Origin: an uncultured bacterium
GTDB taxonomy: Bacteria > Patescibacteriota > Patescibacteriia > CAIQCM01
Length of the DNA: 64,000 nucleotides
Direction of reading: 5' to 3'
Assembly (NCBI GenBank): GCA_963708045.1
Contig: OY970181.1
Coordinates: 779,537-843,536 of the forward strand
Shown here: piece by piece, positions 47,839 through 57,186 of the stretch
How positions within the stretch are numbered: the first letter of the stretch is position 1
How the letters are laid out: every line of letters begins with the position of its first letter
Position numbers and translations under genes: made by a program
The notes under the pieces: model-generated
The model's input: only the letters and a program-made list of their open reading frames with translations
The model's database searches: none
What the model was told of the DNA's origin: nothing

Positions 47839-48774
47839 ATGAAAAAACGAATATTTATTTATTTGTTAACAATTGTACTTTTAGCAACGCCGATTTTATC
47901 TTTTGCGGCGGTTCCAGCGAACACGATTGGTCGTATTCTTTTGCAAGTTCAATCATCTGGCGAAGCTTGGTATGTGAGTCCGGTTACTAAAACGCGTGTC
48001 TACCTTAAAAACGGCGCGATGGCATATGACTTGCTCAGAACAGACGGTTTGGGAATAACAAAAAACGATTTATCTTTAATACCGATTGGGATTGAAGATC
48101 GTTTCGTTGGCTCTGATACTGATACTGACGGCGATGGTTTACCCGACACCCTTGAGCAAGCCATAGGAACGGATCCGAATAAAGTTGATACTGATGGTGA
48201 CGGCTTTTCTGATGGTGTTGAGGTTCGGAGTGGCTATGACCCCGTCGGCAACAAATCCGGCGCCAAAACTATCATCAACGCCGCGCTTACCAAACGTCTC
48301 TCGGGGCGCATTGTTATTGATGTCTCAAGGGTTGGTCAGGCTTGGTATATAAATCCGTCTAATCTTAAACGGTATTTTCTGAAGGATGGAAACGCGGCTT
48401 ACACGATCATGCGATATTTAAGTTTGGGTATCACCAACGCCAGTCTGGCGTTAATACCAATTGCTGCCCAAACGATTTCAGCAACTGGCGTCGCCAGTGT
48501 CCAATTAATATTAGAAGATTTTCGTCAAGCGTTCTTAACTTGCGATATGTCGCTGATTACAAAACACTCAACCGTTGAAACTTCAAAGATTGTATTGTCT
48601 TCATCGGCGCAATGCAAGAAGGCTAGTTCGGTAAAAGTTGAAAGCGTTACCGTAACTTCTAATTCAAATATTGAAGCTGTTTTGCAAATTGAAGGGGAAG
48701 CAAGCGGAAGCAAAGTTTTAATTTTTGTAAACGAAAATGGCGGTTGGAAGTTTGATATTAACGCCACTTATTGA
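47839..48774 (+). CDS. secreted protein with thrombospondin type-3-like calcium-binding repeats
   Basis: Signal peptide 'MKKRIFIYLLTIVLLATPILSFA'. 'DTDTDGDGLPDTLEQAIGTDPNKVDTDGDGFSDGVE' are TSP3-type D-x-D-x-D-G-x-x-D repeats. The duplicated flanking domain contains 'GEAWYVSP' / 'GQAWYINP'. Confidence 0.5.
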   Translation: MKKRIFIYLLTIVLLATPILSFAAVPANTIGRILLQVQSSGEAWYVSPVTKTRVYLKNGAMAYDLLRTDGLGITKNDLSLIPIGIEDRFVGSDTDTDGDGLPDTLEQAIGTDPNKVDTDGDGFSDGVEVRSGYDPVGNKSGAKTIINAALTKRLSGRIVIDVSRVGQAWYINPSNLKRYFLKDGNAAYTIMRYLSLGITNASLALIPIAAQTISATGVASVQLILEDFRQAFLTCDMSLITKHSTVETSKIVLSSSAQCKKASSVKVESVTVTSNSNIEAVLQIEGEASGSKVLIFVNENGGWKFDINATY

Positions 48775-48820
48775 ACGAAGGGGGCGCAACCCCTTAATTA
48801 AAAAATACTTTTTTAATTTT

Positions 48821-49096
48821 TTAAGCGCATTTGCCAAGAAATATTTTAATAAGGTGAATGGAAAGCATCACCACGCCAATCGCCACAAGGACGTTGGAAT
48901 AGCTGCTGCGTTTTTTATTCTTTTTCGCTAGTAATTCGGATGACAAAATAAAACCAATACCAACCGCGGAGGCGAGGGTATTGTGGATTTGCGATGCCGA
49001 ATGGGTTGAAATATTTTCTAGTAAATAAAATTCTTCAAACGATACAATTAACGCGGCGCATGTTGTTGTTGCAATGATGATAATTTTTTTTAGCAT
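48821..49096 (-). CDS. small hydrophobic membrane protein (91 aa); possibly one gene with 49090..49368
   Basis: Two to three TM helices. It overlaps the next minus-strand ORF by 7 nt. Confidence 0.3.
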   Translation of the reverse strand: MLKKIIIIATTTCAALIVSFEEFYLLENISTHSASQIHNTLASAVGIGFILSSELLAKKNKKRSSYSNVLVAIGVVMLSIHLIKIFLGKCA

Positions 49097-49368
49097 AACA
49101 ATCCGCCATTAATCATTCGCAGAATATGGGTTGCAACAATTATTGCCGAAAGCGCAACGGCAATAAGGTAGGGGCTGTACCAATCCTCGGTCATTAGTTT
49201 TTTGGCACTTACCACCCAAACCGTCGTGCCAATTGCGATAACTAGAATATCCTGAAGTCGTTTATATAGATATGCGTCCCAATGAAAATAATAAGCCAAA
49301 AGCGTGTGGCTTAAAAAAACAATAAAGAGAATTGCAAAAAATAATCGTGGTAGGCGTGACAAGATCAT
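49090..49368 (-). CDS. small hydrophobic membrane protein (92 aa)
   Basis: Three TM helices. Adjacent to and co-oriented with 48821..49096. Confidence 0.3.
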   Translation of the reverse strand: MILSRLPRLFFAILFIVFLSHTLLAYYFHWDAYLYKRLQDILVIAIGTTVWVVSAKKLMTEDWYSPYLIAVALSAIIVATHILRMINGGLLC

Positions 49369-49416
49369 TATTTATGATACTATATCTAAACATTATCGCC
49401 TATTTTAGTAATTATT

Positions 49417-50115
49417 ATGAAAGTATTAATTAAAATTTTGTTGGGTTTACTCGCGCTTTGCGCAGTTATTGCTTTGGTTGGGGGATATTTTGGCTTAGTG
49501 CCTGGCGTTTCTTCCATCTTTGGCGCCGACAGGCCGCGAAATCTTGGTATAAAAACCACGGAGGCACTTTATAATTCTACAAACGAAAAAATTTCTTTGC
49601 TCCGAACAGGTAACGCGGCATTGGCCGACAAGCCGATATATTCGGGATCGCGCTCGGTAGATACGGTGTTTACAAGTGAAGAGGTTTCGTCGCTTTTTTC
49701 TCAAGGTAAATGGAAATACAATCCAATTGCGGACGGTTTTCAAATGAAAATTAGCGAAAACGGCGCGGTGGAGGTGTCTGGCATGCTTGATCAAACGCGT
49801 CTTAATGGGTACTTAACAGCAACTGGTTTTGTGGGTGCTAATACGTATCTTGATAAGTTTAATTTTCTTCCTAAAAAAGTTCCTTTTTATCTAAACGGCT
49901 CGGCAGTTGTTGAAAACAATCGTTTAAATTTAAATTTGTCTTCGGCCGAGCTTGGTCGCGTGCCACTACCAACTGATCCTGGAGCAATTAAAGCGGTGGA
50001 GGGTTTTGTTAATGCTAGAATTACCGCTATCCCTGGAATGAACATTAAATCGTTGGATTTTAAAAACGGAAAACTTAATTTAAAAGGAACACTCCCGACG
50101 AAAATGTCTTTTTAG
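49417..50115 (+). CDS. hypothetical membrane-anchored protein (232 aa)
   Basis: N-terminal TM 'ILLGLLALCAVIALVGGYFGL'. No motif. Confidence 0.45.
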   Translation: MKVLIKILLGLLALCAVIALVGGYFGLVPGVSSIFGADRPRNLGIKTTEALYNSTNEKISLLRTGNAALADKPIYSGSRSVDTVFTSEEVSSLFSQGKWKYNPIADGFQMKISENGAVEVSGMLDQTRLNGYLTATGFVGANTYLDKFNFLPKKVPFYLNGSAVVENNRLNLNLSSAELGRVPLPTDPGAIKAVEGFVNARITAIPGMNIKSLDFKNGKLNLKGTLPTKMSF

Positions 50116-50159
50116 TAAAATTTTAATGTTAAAAAAATACAAACCGACCTACCGAAAAT

Positions 50160-51038
50160 ATGAAAGGAATAATAATGGCTGGCGGAAGAGGAACGCGGCT
50201 TTACCCGCTTACTCTCGCGACAAATAAAACGCTCTTGCCGGTTTATGATAAACCGATGGTTTTTTATCCGCTTTCGGTTTTAATGCAAGCTGGCATTAAG
50301 GATATTTTGATTATTTCCACACCCCACGATTTGCCTGGCTTTAAAAAACTTTTAGGCAACGGCGATAATTTTGGCATCAATGTTTCTTATGCCGAAGAGC
50401 CGGAACCAAAAGGTTCGGCGATGGCGATAACTCTTGGCGCTGAATTTATTGGTAGTGACAGTGTTGTTGTTATTTACGGTGACAATATAATTTACGGCGT
50501 CGAGCTTCCAAAACTGTTAAAAGAAGCGGCCAGCAACACCGCTCGTGCGACAATTTTTGGGTATTATGTAAACGATCCGTCCCGCTATGGTGTTGTTGAA
50601 TTTGATGAAAACGAAAAAATTATTTCCGTTGAAGAAAAACCCAGTAAGCCAAAATCCAACTACGCCGTAATTGGTTTATATTTTTATGATAACCGGTCAA
50701 TTGATTTTGCCAAAAAAGTTCAGCCGAGCGTAAGGGGGGAGCTGGAAATAACCGACATAACCCAAATGTATTTAGCGGCCGGGGATCTGGACGTTAAACT
50801 TTTGGGAAAGGGTTATGCCTGGCTTGATACGGGTACGGTTGATTCGCTTATGGAGGCGAATTATTATATTCAAACCATAGAAGAACGCCAAAATACTAAA
50901 ATTGCCGCCCTTGAAGAAATTGCCTATTTAAACGGTTGGATAACCAAAGATAAATTAATTGAAGTCGGCACCAAGTACTCCAAATCTCCTTACGGTCAGC
51001 ATTTATTGCGGGTGGTGGAGGGTAAACTAAAAAACTAG
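50160..51038 (+). CDS. rfbA: glucose-1-phosphate thymidylyltransferase
   Basis: '[16 protein letters not shown]' nucleotidyltransferase signature. Whole-length RmlA-like pattern ('[14 protein letters not shown]', 'GLYFYD'). Confidence 0.85.
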   Translation: MKGIIMAGGRGTRLYPLTLATNKTLLPVYDKPMVFYPLSVLMQAGIKDILIISTPHDLPGFKKLLGNGDNFGINVSYAEEPEPKGSAMAITLGAEFIGSDSVVVIYGDNIIYGVELPKLLKEAASNTARATIFGYYVNDPSRYGVVEFDENEKIISVEEKPSKPKSNYAVIGLYFYDNRSIDFAKKVQPSVRGELEITDITQMYLAAGDLDVKLLGKGYAWLDTGTVDSLMEANYYIQTIEERQNTKIAALEEIAYLNGWITKDKLIEVGTKYSKSPYGQHLLRVVEGKLKN

Positions 51039-51044
51039 TGATAT

Positions 51045-52028
51045 ATGAAAATATTAGTCACTGGCGGGGCAGGATATATTGGGTCGCATACCGTTAATCT
51101 CCTTAAAAAATTGGGAGATTTTGTTGTTGTTTTGGACTCAATGGAATTTGGCCACCAAGAGGCCATCCACGATACGCCGCTTGTCGTGGGGAATGTTAGT
51201 GACAAAGAATTGGTTAAAAAAACCATTGCCGAGCACGGAATTGAGGCTGTCGTCCATTTTGCGGCATATAAAGAGGTGGGGGAATCAATGGCTGATCCAG
51301 CGAAGTATTTTGAAAATAATTTTGTCGGGTCACTTCGTTTGCTTGAAGCGTGTCACGAAGCGGGGATACGCAAGTTTGTATTTTCTTCATCGGCAGCGGT
51401 TTATGGAATGCCGAAAGTTTTGCCGGTAAACGAAGAAGCCAACTTAAACCCGGAAAATCCGTATGGCGAAAGTAAATTGCTCGTTGAAAAAGCTTTGCAC
51501 TGGTTTAGCGAGCGGTTGGGTTTTAAGTATGTTGCGCTTCGTTATTTTAACGCGGCCGGCGCGGCCACGGACGGCGAGAATGGTGAGGATCCGCGCTTTG
51601 TAAGTAATTTAATCCCGCTCGTGATGAAAGTCGCGAGCGGTCGTTTGCCGCAGCTAAAGATTTTTGGAAATGATTATCCAACCACTGACGGCACGTGTGT
51701 GCGTGATTATGTTCACGTGCTCGATCTAGCCTCGGCGCACACGGCGGCGCTCGCGTATTTGGAGGCAAATAATAATTCTAATATTTTTAACCTTGGCACT
51801 GGCAAAGGCGCTTCGGTTACGGACGTTGTAAATCTTGCCCGCGAAATAACGGGCAAAGAAATTCCGGTTGAAATTGTTGCTCGTCGCCCCGGTGATTCAC
51901 CGGCTGCATTGGCAGATAATAAAAAAGCGGTGGCGGTATTGGGATGGAAACCACAATATGGAATAAAAGAAATTATTGAATCGGCTTGGCAGTGGACACA
52001 AAAATATCCGGGTGGATTTGAGAAGTAA
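51045..52028 (+). CDS. galE: UDP-glucose 4-epimerase
   Basis: 'MKILVTGGAGYIGSHT' Rossmann motif. 'YGESK' (YxxxK catalytic motif). 'CVRDYVHVLDLA'. Confidence 0.85.
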   Translation: MKILVTGGAGYIGSHTVNLLKKLGDFVVVLDSMEFGHQEAIHDTPLVVGNVSDKELVKKTIAEHGIEAVVHFAAYKEVGESMADPAKYFENNFVGSLRLLEACHEAGIRKFVFSSSAAVYGMPKVLPVNEEANLNPENPYGESKLLVEKALHWFSERLGFKYVALRYFNAAGAATDGENGEDPRFVSNLIPLVMKVASGRLPQLKIFGNDYPTTDGTCVRDYVHVLDLASAHTAALAYLEANNNSNIFNLGTGKGASVTDVVNLAREITGKEIPVEIVARRPGDSPAALADNKKAVAVLGWKPQYGIKEIIESAWQWTQKYPGGFEK

Positions 52029-52094
52029 GTGTTAGTAGTCTCCTATGTTTAATTTTGGCGACAATTGGTTGGGTATTGTATAGTTAATAACTAT

Positions 52095-52907
52095 ATGAAC
52101 CGACGTGCTTTTACCGTTATTGAACTTCTTGTCGTGATCGCGATTATCGGCCTATTATCCAGTGTAGCTATTGTTGCTTTTAATTCTACTAGAGAAAATG
52201 CGCGCCTGACTTCGGGGAAACATTTTTCGTCAATGATTAATAATAGTATAGGAAGTTATGCTATTGGCTGGTGGAACCTTAATGAATGTTCGGGCACAAC
52301 GGCAAATGATGCTTCGGGTTACGGCAATAATATAACCCTGTACGGTGGTCCGGGTTGGCCTGCTGATTCTCCCACAGATCAAGCATGTTCAATGTCTCTG
52401 AATGGATCGCAATACGGCAGGATTGTCTCCTTGAACGGCCAGCCAATAGGGAATTCCGCGGTTACAATTTCCGCATGGGTGAAGCCAACGGATGTGAGTA
52501 GCTTAAAGACGATTGCCTGCTTGGGAGTAGATAGTGCAGGTGCTACTGCATATGGAATTGCATTAAGAAACTTGCAGTTTACCGCTTTCTTTTCTTCATA
52601 TAACGGCATTGTAACTGGTAGATCATTACCCAAGGTGAACAAATGGTATTTTGTCACCGGCGTATACGATGGGACGAAAAATAGTATTTATGTTGACGGG
52701 CATTTGGATAATAGCGTTGACTATTCTTCGGGCAATCTATCCGCTGGTCAGGCCTCAATCGGACTTTGGTGCGGATATTTATCTGGAAATAATTTTATCG
52801 GCAACGTTGGTGATGTAAAGATTTTTGCGAGTGCCTTGTCAGCCGAAAGAGTGCACAACCTCTACGCAGAGCAAAAAAAATTTTTTGAGTTGGCGTCACA
52901 AAAATAA
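52095..52907 (+). CDS. type IV pilin-like protein (prepilin-type N-terminal methylation domain) with a LamG/concanavalin-like C-terminal domain
   Basis: 'MNRRAFTVIELLVVIAIIGLLSSVAIVAF' is the class III signal / pilin N-terminal helix with the conserved Glu. The C-terminus 'WYFVTGVYDGTKNSIYVDGHLDNSV' is LamG-like. The track start (52065) is a TTG. Confidence 0.7.
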   Translation: MNRRAFTVIELLVVIAIIGLLSSVAIVAFNSTRENARLTSGKHFSSMINNSIGSYAIGWWNLNECSGTTANDASGYGNNITLYGGPGWPADSPTDQACSMSLNGSQYGRIVSLNGQPIGNSAVTISAWVKPTDVSSLKTIACLGVDSAGATAYGIALRNLQFTAFFSSYNGIVTGRSLPKVNKWYFVTGVYDGTKNSIYVDGHLDNSVDYSSGNLSAGQASIGLWCGYLSGNNFIGNVGDVKIFASALSAERVHNLYAEQKKFFELASQK

Positions 52908-52917
52908 CGCATTGCAT

Positions 52918-53322
52918 ATGTCCAATATAATTGCCGAAGTAAAACAACTAGAGTTTCCACTGGGTAAATATTCGGTCGTTGGTAGTGGAGCTTTGTCGGT
53001 TAGAAAAATACGAGAACATAACGATCTTGATATTATCGTTACTGACGATCTTTATGCGCAATTAAAGAATAATGGTTGGGAAGAGAGGCAAAAAAATAAT
53101 GGTCACTTTAATTTATATAAAGAGAATGTAGAAATTGATAAAAATTTTTCAAATATCGCTAATTGCGACCTTAAGACCGAAGCGGTAATCAAAAACTCGG
53201 ACATCATTAATGGCGTACCATTTATGTCATTAAAAGATTTGCTTATTTTAAAACAAGCTCTGGGACGAGAAAAAGATTTTAAAGATATTGAATCAATAAA
53301 TAAGTATTTGGAAAGCCTGTAA
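52918..53322 (+). CDS. minimal nucleotidyltransferase-domain protein
   Basis: 'VVGSGALSVRKIREHNDLDIIV' is a G-S ... D-x-D nucleotidyltransferase-fold motif. The ATG at 52918 follows the pilin stop. Confidence 0.45.
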   Translation: MSNIIAEVKQLEFPLGKYSVVGSGALSVRKIREHNDLDIIVTDDLYAQLKNNGWEERQKNNGHFNLYKENVEIDKNFSNIANCDLKTEAVIKNSDIINGVPFMSLKDLLILKQALGREKDFKDIESINKYLESL

Positions 53323-53392
53323 GATTGCTAATTTAAAAAACGGTTCAAGCCTGATGGCAAGAACCGTCTCGCGGGTGGGTTTCGTTTGGTGG

Positions 53393-53893
53393 TTAGAATT
53401 TGTATTCGGTGTAGAGACAGCGTTGACCGATAAAGAAGCCCATTCTTTGTAATAGGTTGACTCCAAGGCTTTTGCCTTCGGCGATAGCATAACAAGAAAC
53501 CGTGTTTATACCCATTCCCTTGATGGCAGAAAGGCATTCGCGCGTTAGTGCTTTGCCAATTCCTTGTCTACGTTTTTCAGGCAAAACAGCAATCATCATA
53601 AGGTATGCACGTCGGGGCACACATCCGTCTTCTACGGCTTCCTGTTTAGCGTAGATGAAACCGACGGGGCGGCCAGCTTCTACAGCCACAAGAAAGACGC
53701 CAAAGGGGTCAATAATTGCATCCAGAAACTCGTCTGGATCCATAAACACCCTGTTGTTAATTAGCTGTAGCTCGGGTATTGCCAACCCGATTTGGTAAAG
53801 ATCTTTGGTATGGCTAGTTGTTGCCATTTCTATTAAGAACTGCGGTTCGTTCATTTTTTCCTCGCTTTCATTTTTTTGATCGCGACCGTACAT
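53393..53893 (-). CDS. GNAT-family N-acetyltransferase
   Basis: Motif A 'RRQGIGKALTRE' (Q/R-x-x-G-x-G/A) with the surrounding GNAT pattern. Confidence 0.75.
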   Translation of the reverse strand: MYGRDQKNESEEKMNEPQFLIEMATTSHTKDLYQIGLAIPELQLINNRVFMDPDEFLDAIIDPFGVFLVAVEAGRPVGFIYAKQEAVEDGCVPRRAYLMMIAVLPEKRRQGIGKALTRECLSAIKGMGINTVSCYAIAEGKSLGVNLLQRMGFFIGQRCLYTEYKF

Positions 53894-53961
53894 TAACGCC
53901 GTAAGTTAAATTTGTCCAGTTTGTGGTATTATAAATAAGGTAAATATTAATTTCTTAAAAT

Positions 53962-54039
53962 ATGGCCAAAGGCAATAACTCGCAACGCGGCAATAAGAAT
54001 GCGAAAAAACCAAAGAAGGATAAAAAGAAGCAAGCCTAG
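53962..54039 (+). CDS. tiny Lys-rich basic peptide (25 aa: MAKGNNSQRGNKNAKKPKKDKKKQA), speculative
   Basis: ATG with an AT-rich leader. It ends exactly at a very strong terminator hairpin. Absent from the ORF track (too short). Confidence 0.2.
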   Translation: MAKGNNSQRGNKNAKKPKKDKKKQA

Positions 54040-54082
54040 ATACAAAAACATCCTCGCCAAGGCGGGGATGTTTTTGTATCTA
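54038..54082. terminator. strong bidirectional terminator (about 21-bp stem) between the tiny ORF and cspA
   Basis: 'agatacaaaaacatcctcgcc' aa 'ggcggggatgtttttgtatct' has one G-U-type mismatch and T-runs on both strands. Confidence 0.65.
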
Positions 54083-54094
54083 GAAATTCTAGAA

Positions 54095-54295
54095 TTAGAC
54101 GCGGCGAACGTTGGTCGCGCGAGGACCCTTTTCGGATTCCTCGGTTTCAAACGTTACCTTGTCGCCTTCGCGAAGTTGGTCGAAGGAAACGTCAACGAGG
54201 CTGGAGGAGTGAAAAAACACATCCTTAGCGCCGCCGTCTGGGGTGATGAATCCAAATCCTTTTTCGGATTGGATCCGCTTGATAACACCAGTCAT
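54095..54295 (-). CDS. cspA: cold-shock protein (CspA family)
   Basis: 'MTGVIKRIQSEKGFGFITPDGGAKDVFFHSSSL...GPRATNV' carries RNP1 'KGFGFI' and RNP2 'VFFHSS'. The track ORF extends to 54340. The ATG is at 54295. Confidence 0.85.
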   Translation of the reverse strand: MTGVIKRIQSEKGFGFITPDGGAKDVFFHSSSLVDVSFDQLREGDKVTFETEESEKGPRATNVRRV

Positions 54296-54903
54296 AGGTA
54301 TGATAAGTTTACGAATTAGTTCCGCAAATAGTGACCTCATTGCGGAAATTTTCGACGAATCTCCTGTGGGGTGTGATTTGCTTGTCTATAAGCTACCACA
54401 AACGACTAAATTAAGGAAGCCCGGCGGTTGTTTTGTATTAATTGACTTGGAAAGTCGGTTCTAGTAATCTCCAGCTTAGGAGGTTAGCACTTTTGAATCT
54501 AAAACCGCGTTTTCGCAAACGAACCGTCACAAGGAGAACAAAATGGTAGAATGGTCACGGTGGCAAAAAATGTCCAGGAAAGAACGTTGACAGCACTGCA
54601 TCAGTGAGGCTGCGTACTATCTTTCAGAGAAACGGAAAGGGGTGAAGAGTCACGAAACAGATGTCCAGGATTGGCGGGCGGCCGAGCAGCAGGTAGATAC
54701 GGACATCAGGCGTGGCAACATTGAGATCTAGCGCCCGTCATCGTTCCTACTAAGAACGCCGTTCGTTCCTGGTGTAAACGTCTGAATAATATGGGGTAGT
54801 TCCACCTGTTTGTTCAGACGTTTTTAATTAATAAATTTTTTAGCACAGATAATTAATAAAGGTGTATAATTAAAACGTTAACTTTTAATAATTAAAAATA
54901 TTT

Positions 54904-56055
54904 ATGAAAAAACAATATTTTAAAGGATTTGCGGTTTTGGCTTTTGTTTTAGCCCTTGCGCCAAGCATGGCCGTGGCCGCTGAATTTCGCGGCGAGTCAT
55001 CGGGAACAATGAGCGTTAACGAAGCGGTTAACGACGACCTTTATGCCGGTGGCAGCAGTGTGTCGCTTGTGGCGCCAATTGCCGGTGATGCCGTTTTGGG
55101 CGGGGGCAACGTTTTTGTCTCGGGAGAAGTAAAAGAAAGTATTTTGGCGGCTGGCGGAACGGTTGTTGTGTCAGGGAACGTTGCCGATGATGTCCGTGTT
55201 CTTGGTGGAAATATTATTTTGACCGGGGAAGTGGCGCACGATGTTGTCGTGCTGGGCGGACAAATTAATATTTCGCCATCGGCGATGGTGGGAAAGGATC
55301 TGGTTGTTTTAGGCGGAATGGTAACAATAGACGGCGCGGTTAAGGGGAACGTATTTGTGCGGGGAGGGGACGTAGTAATCAACGCGCCAATCGGCGGATC
55401 GGTTAATGCTAAAGGAAAAACAATAACCTTAGGGTCAAAAGCGTCAATCGGCGGAAAATTAATTTATTCCAGCCAGAACGAATTAACTATTGGTAGTGGC
55501 ATAGTTGGCGGCGGGGTTGAATATAATAAAATGATAACCAAAGAGGTAAAAGATGTGAGGGGTGAGTTTGCTGGTTTGTTGTTTGCTGGCTTCTTATTAA
55601 AAATAATCTCACTCCTTGTTTTGGCTCTTATCGTAACAGCCATCTTTAAAAAGCGTTCCCTTGCATTAACGCAAAACGCGCTTAATTCATTTGGTTGGAA
55701 TATTCTCTACGGTTTTGCGGCGATGGTTTTAGTTCCAGTTGCCGCGATTCTTTTACTCATCACACTTATCGGAATGCCGTTCGCGATGATCGCGATGTGC
55801 GTATATTGCATTCTCCTCGCGCTCGCGGGAATATTTGCGCCGGTTATCATTGGCAGCTGGGCGTGGAAACGCATAAGCAAAGCCTCGGCCTATCCAGTAA
55901 ATACCTACTCAATTCTTATTGGTGTGGTTATCTTTGCTATTCTTGGCCTCATTCCGATTATCGGCTGGCTCTTTGGTTTTATCTTTGTACTTGTAGCCCT
56001 AGGCACGCTTACGCGCGCTCTCGCACTTGGTCTTACGGCGGCAATTAAACGCTAA
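54904..56055 (+). CDS. bactofilin-like beta-helix repeat protein with N-terminal signal peptide and C-terminal multi-TM region
   Basis: Signal 'MKKQYFKGFAVLAFVLALAPSMAVA'. Repeated 'VLGG.I.L.GEV..DV.VLGG' is a bactofilin/DUF583-like beta-helix repeat pattern. About 4 C-terminal TM helices. Confidence 0.55.
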   Translation: MKKQYFKGFAVLAFVLALAPSMAVAAEFRGESSGTMSVNEAVNDDLYAGGSSVSLVAPIAGDAVLGGGNVFVSGEVKESILAAGGTVVVSGNVADDVRVLGGNIILTGEVAHDVVVLGGQINISPSAMVGKDLVVLGGMVTIDGAVKGNVFVRGGDVVINAPIGGSVNAKGKTITLGSKASIGGKLIYSSQNELTIGSGIVGGGVEYNKMITKEVKDVRGEFAGLLFAGFLLKIISLLVLALIVTAIFKKRSLALTQNALNSFGWNILYGFAAMVLVPVAAILLLITLIGMPFAMIAMCVYCILLALAGIFAPVIIGSWAWKRISKASAYPVNTYSILIGVVIFAILGLIPIIGWLFGFIFVLVALGTLTRALALGLTAAIKR

Positions 56056-56184
56056 AATTCTTTTTTAAAAAACGCTTGGTTTTTTATACAGCTCGTTTAT
56101 AGGAATGGGCTGTATTTTTTATACACAACCGTGTTGTGGTATTTAGTGTAGCGCGGTAAAATACATTTATTGATATATATTTAA

Positions 56185-57186
56185 ATGAAAAACGACATTC
56201 TTTTAAAAATTGAAAAAGCCGGACTGGTGGGGCGGGGTGGAGCGGAATATCCAACGGCTAAAAAATGGCAAGAGGTTGGTCGCGCTTTGGGCGCGCAAAA
56301 ATTCGTCGTCTGTAACGCGAGCGAAGGGGAGATTGGTCTCTTCAAAGATCTTTATATTTTAAAGACTTATCCCGAAATGGTTGTTAAGGGAGTAATTTTG
56401 GCGCTGGATTTTTTGGGTTCCAAGGACGCGTTTTTTAATTTGAACAAACGATATTTTAAAATGATTGGTTCTAGGCTCGCGCCAATTATTAAAAAATACA
56501 ACCACCAAGGATATAACATTAAAATTTTTGTTGAAGAGCCGAGTTATATTGGTGGCGAAGAAACAGCGCTTCTTAACGCAATAGAAGGCAAGCGTACCGA
56601 ACCGCGTCAAAAGCCGCCGTACCCGTCAAATGCCGGCCTCTATGGCGCCCCAACGCTTATTAACAACGTTGAAACGCTTTACAACATCGCTTGCGTTCAC
56701 GACGGCACGTTTGCGAACAAACGTTTCTATTGTCTTTCTAAAAGCGGAAAAAAAATCGGCGTGTATTATTTGCCCGACAATTGGGATATAGAAAAAATTT
56801 TGAAAGAAACAAAAAATTATCCCAACTATAAATTTTTCGTTCAGGTCGGCGGTAGCGCTTCGGGAATTGTTTTTGACGAAAGCCAGATTAAAGGCAAGCT
56901 CGCAACTGGCGCCGCCGCGCTTGATATTCATAATAAAAATGAAGCCCCAAGAAAGGTTCTTTTAAACTGGCTTAAATTTTACCAGCAGGAAAGTTGCGGT
57001 AAATGCACCCCTTGCCGCGTCGGCACTTTTGAACTTTACGAAATGGTGAAGAAAAATAAAAATATTCCTTGGAAAGAAATGTTTGAAATTTTGGAAACAA
57101 TGGACGCGACTTCGTTTTGTGCCCTTGGCCGTTCGGTTAGCGTGCCGATTAGGTCTTATTATTCCAATGTCTTAAAACTGAAATGA
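56185..57186 (+). CDS. NuoF-like NAD(H)-binding FMN/4Fe-4S subunit (hydrogenase diaphorase-type subunit)
   Basis: 'GLVGRGGAEYPTAKKW', 'VVCNASEGEIGLFKD', 'YIGGEETALLNAIEGKR', 'SCGKCTPCRVG' and 'FCALGR' are all NuoF/HoxF family motifs. It overlaps hydA by 4 nt. Confidence 0.8.
   Translation: MKNDILLKIEKAGLVGRGGAEYPTAKKWQEVGRALGAQKFVVCNASEGEIGLFKDLYILKTYPEMVVKGVILALDFLGSKDAFFNLNKRYFKMIGSRLAPIIKKYNHQGYNIKIFVEEPSYIGGEETALLNAIEGKRTEPRQKPPYPSNAGLYGAPTLINNVETLYNIACVHDGTFANKRFYCLSKSGKKIGVYYLPDNWDIEKILKETKNYPNYKFFVQVGGSASGIVFDESQIKGKLATGAAALDIHNKNEAPRKVLLNWLKFYQQESCGKCTPCRVGTFELYEMVKKNKNIPWKEMFEILETMDATSFCALGRSVSVPIRSYYSNVLKLK

Noticed and set aside
53947-54340. ORFs 53947..54150 (-), 53999..54319 (+) and the 81-aa extension of cspA.
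   Set aside because: They run through the long terminator hairpin or are antisense to cspA. The Csp start 'MTGVIKR' at 54295 matches family N-termini.
54560-54730. Possible SRP RNA / RNase P RNA in the 54465-54903 region.
   Set aside because: The hallmark conserved motifs (SRP domain IV GGAA-loop context; RNase P 'GGAAAGTCCGGGCTCC') could not be found by eye. It is retained only as an unclassified candidate ncRNA.
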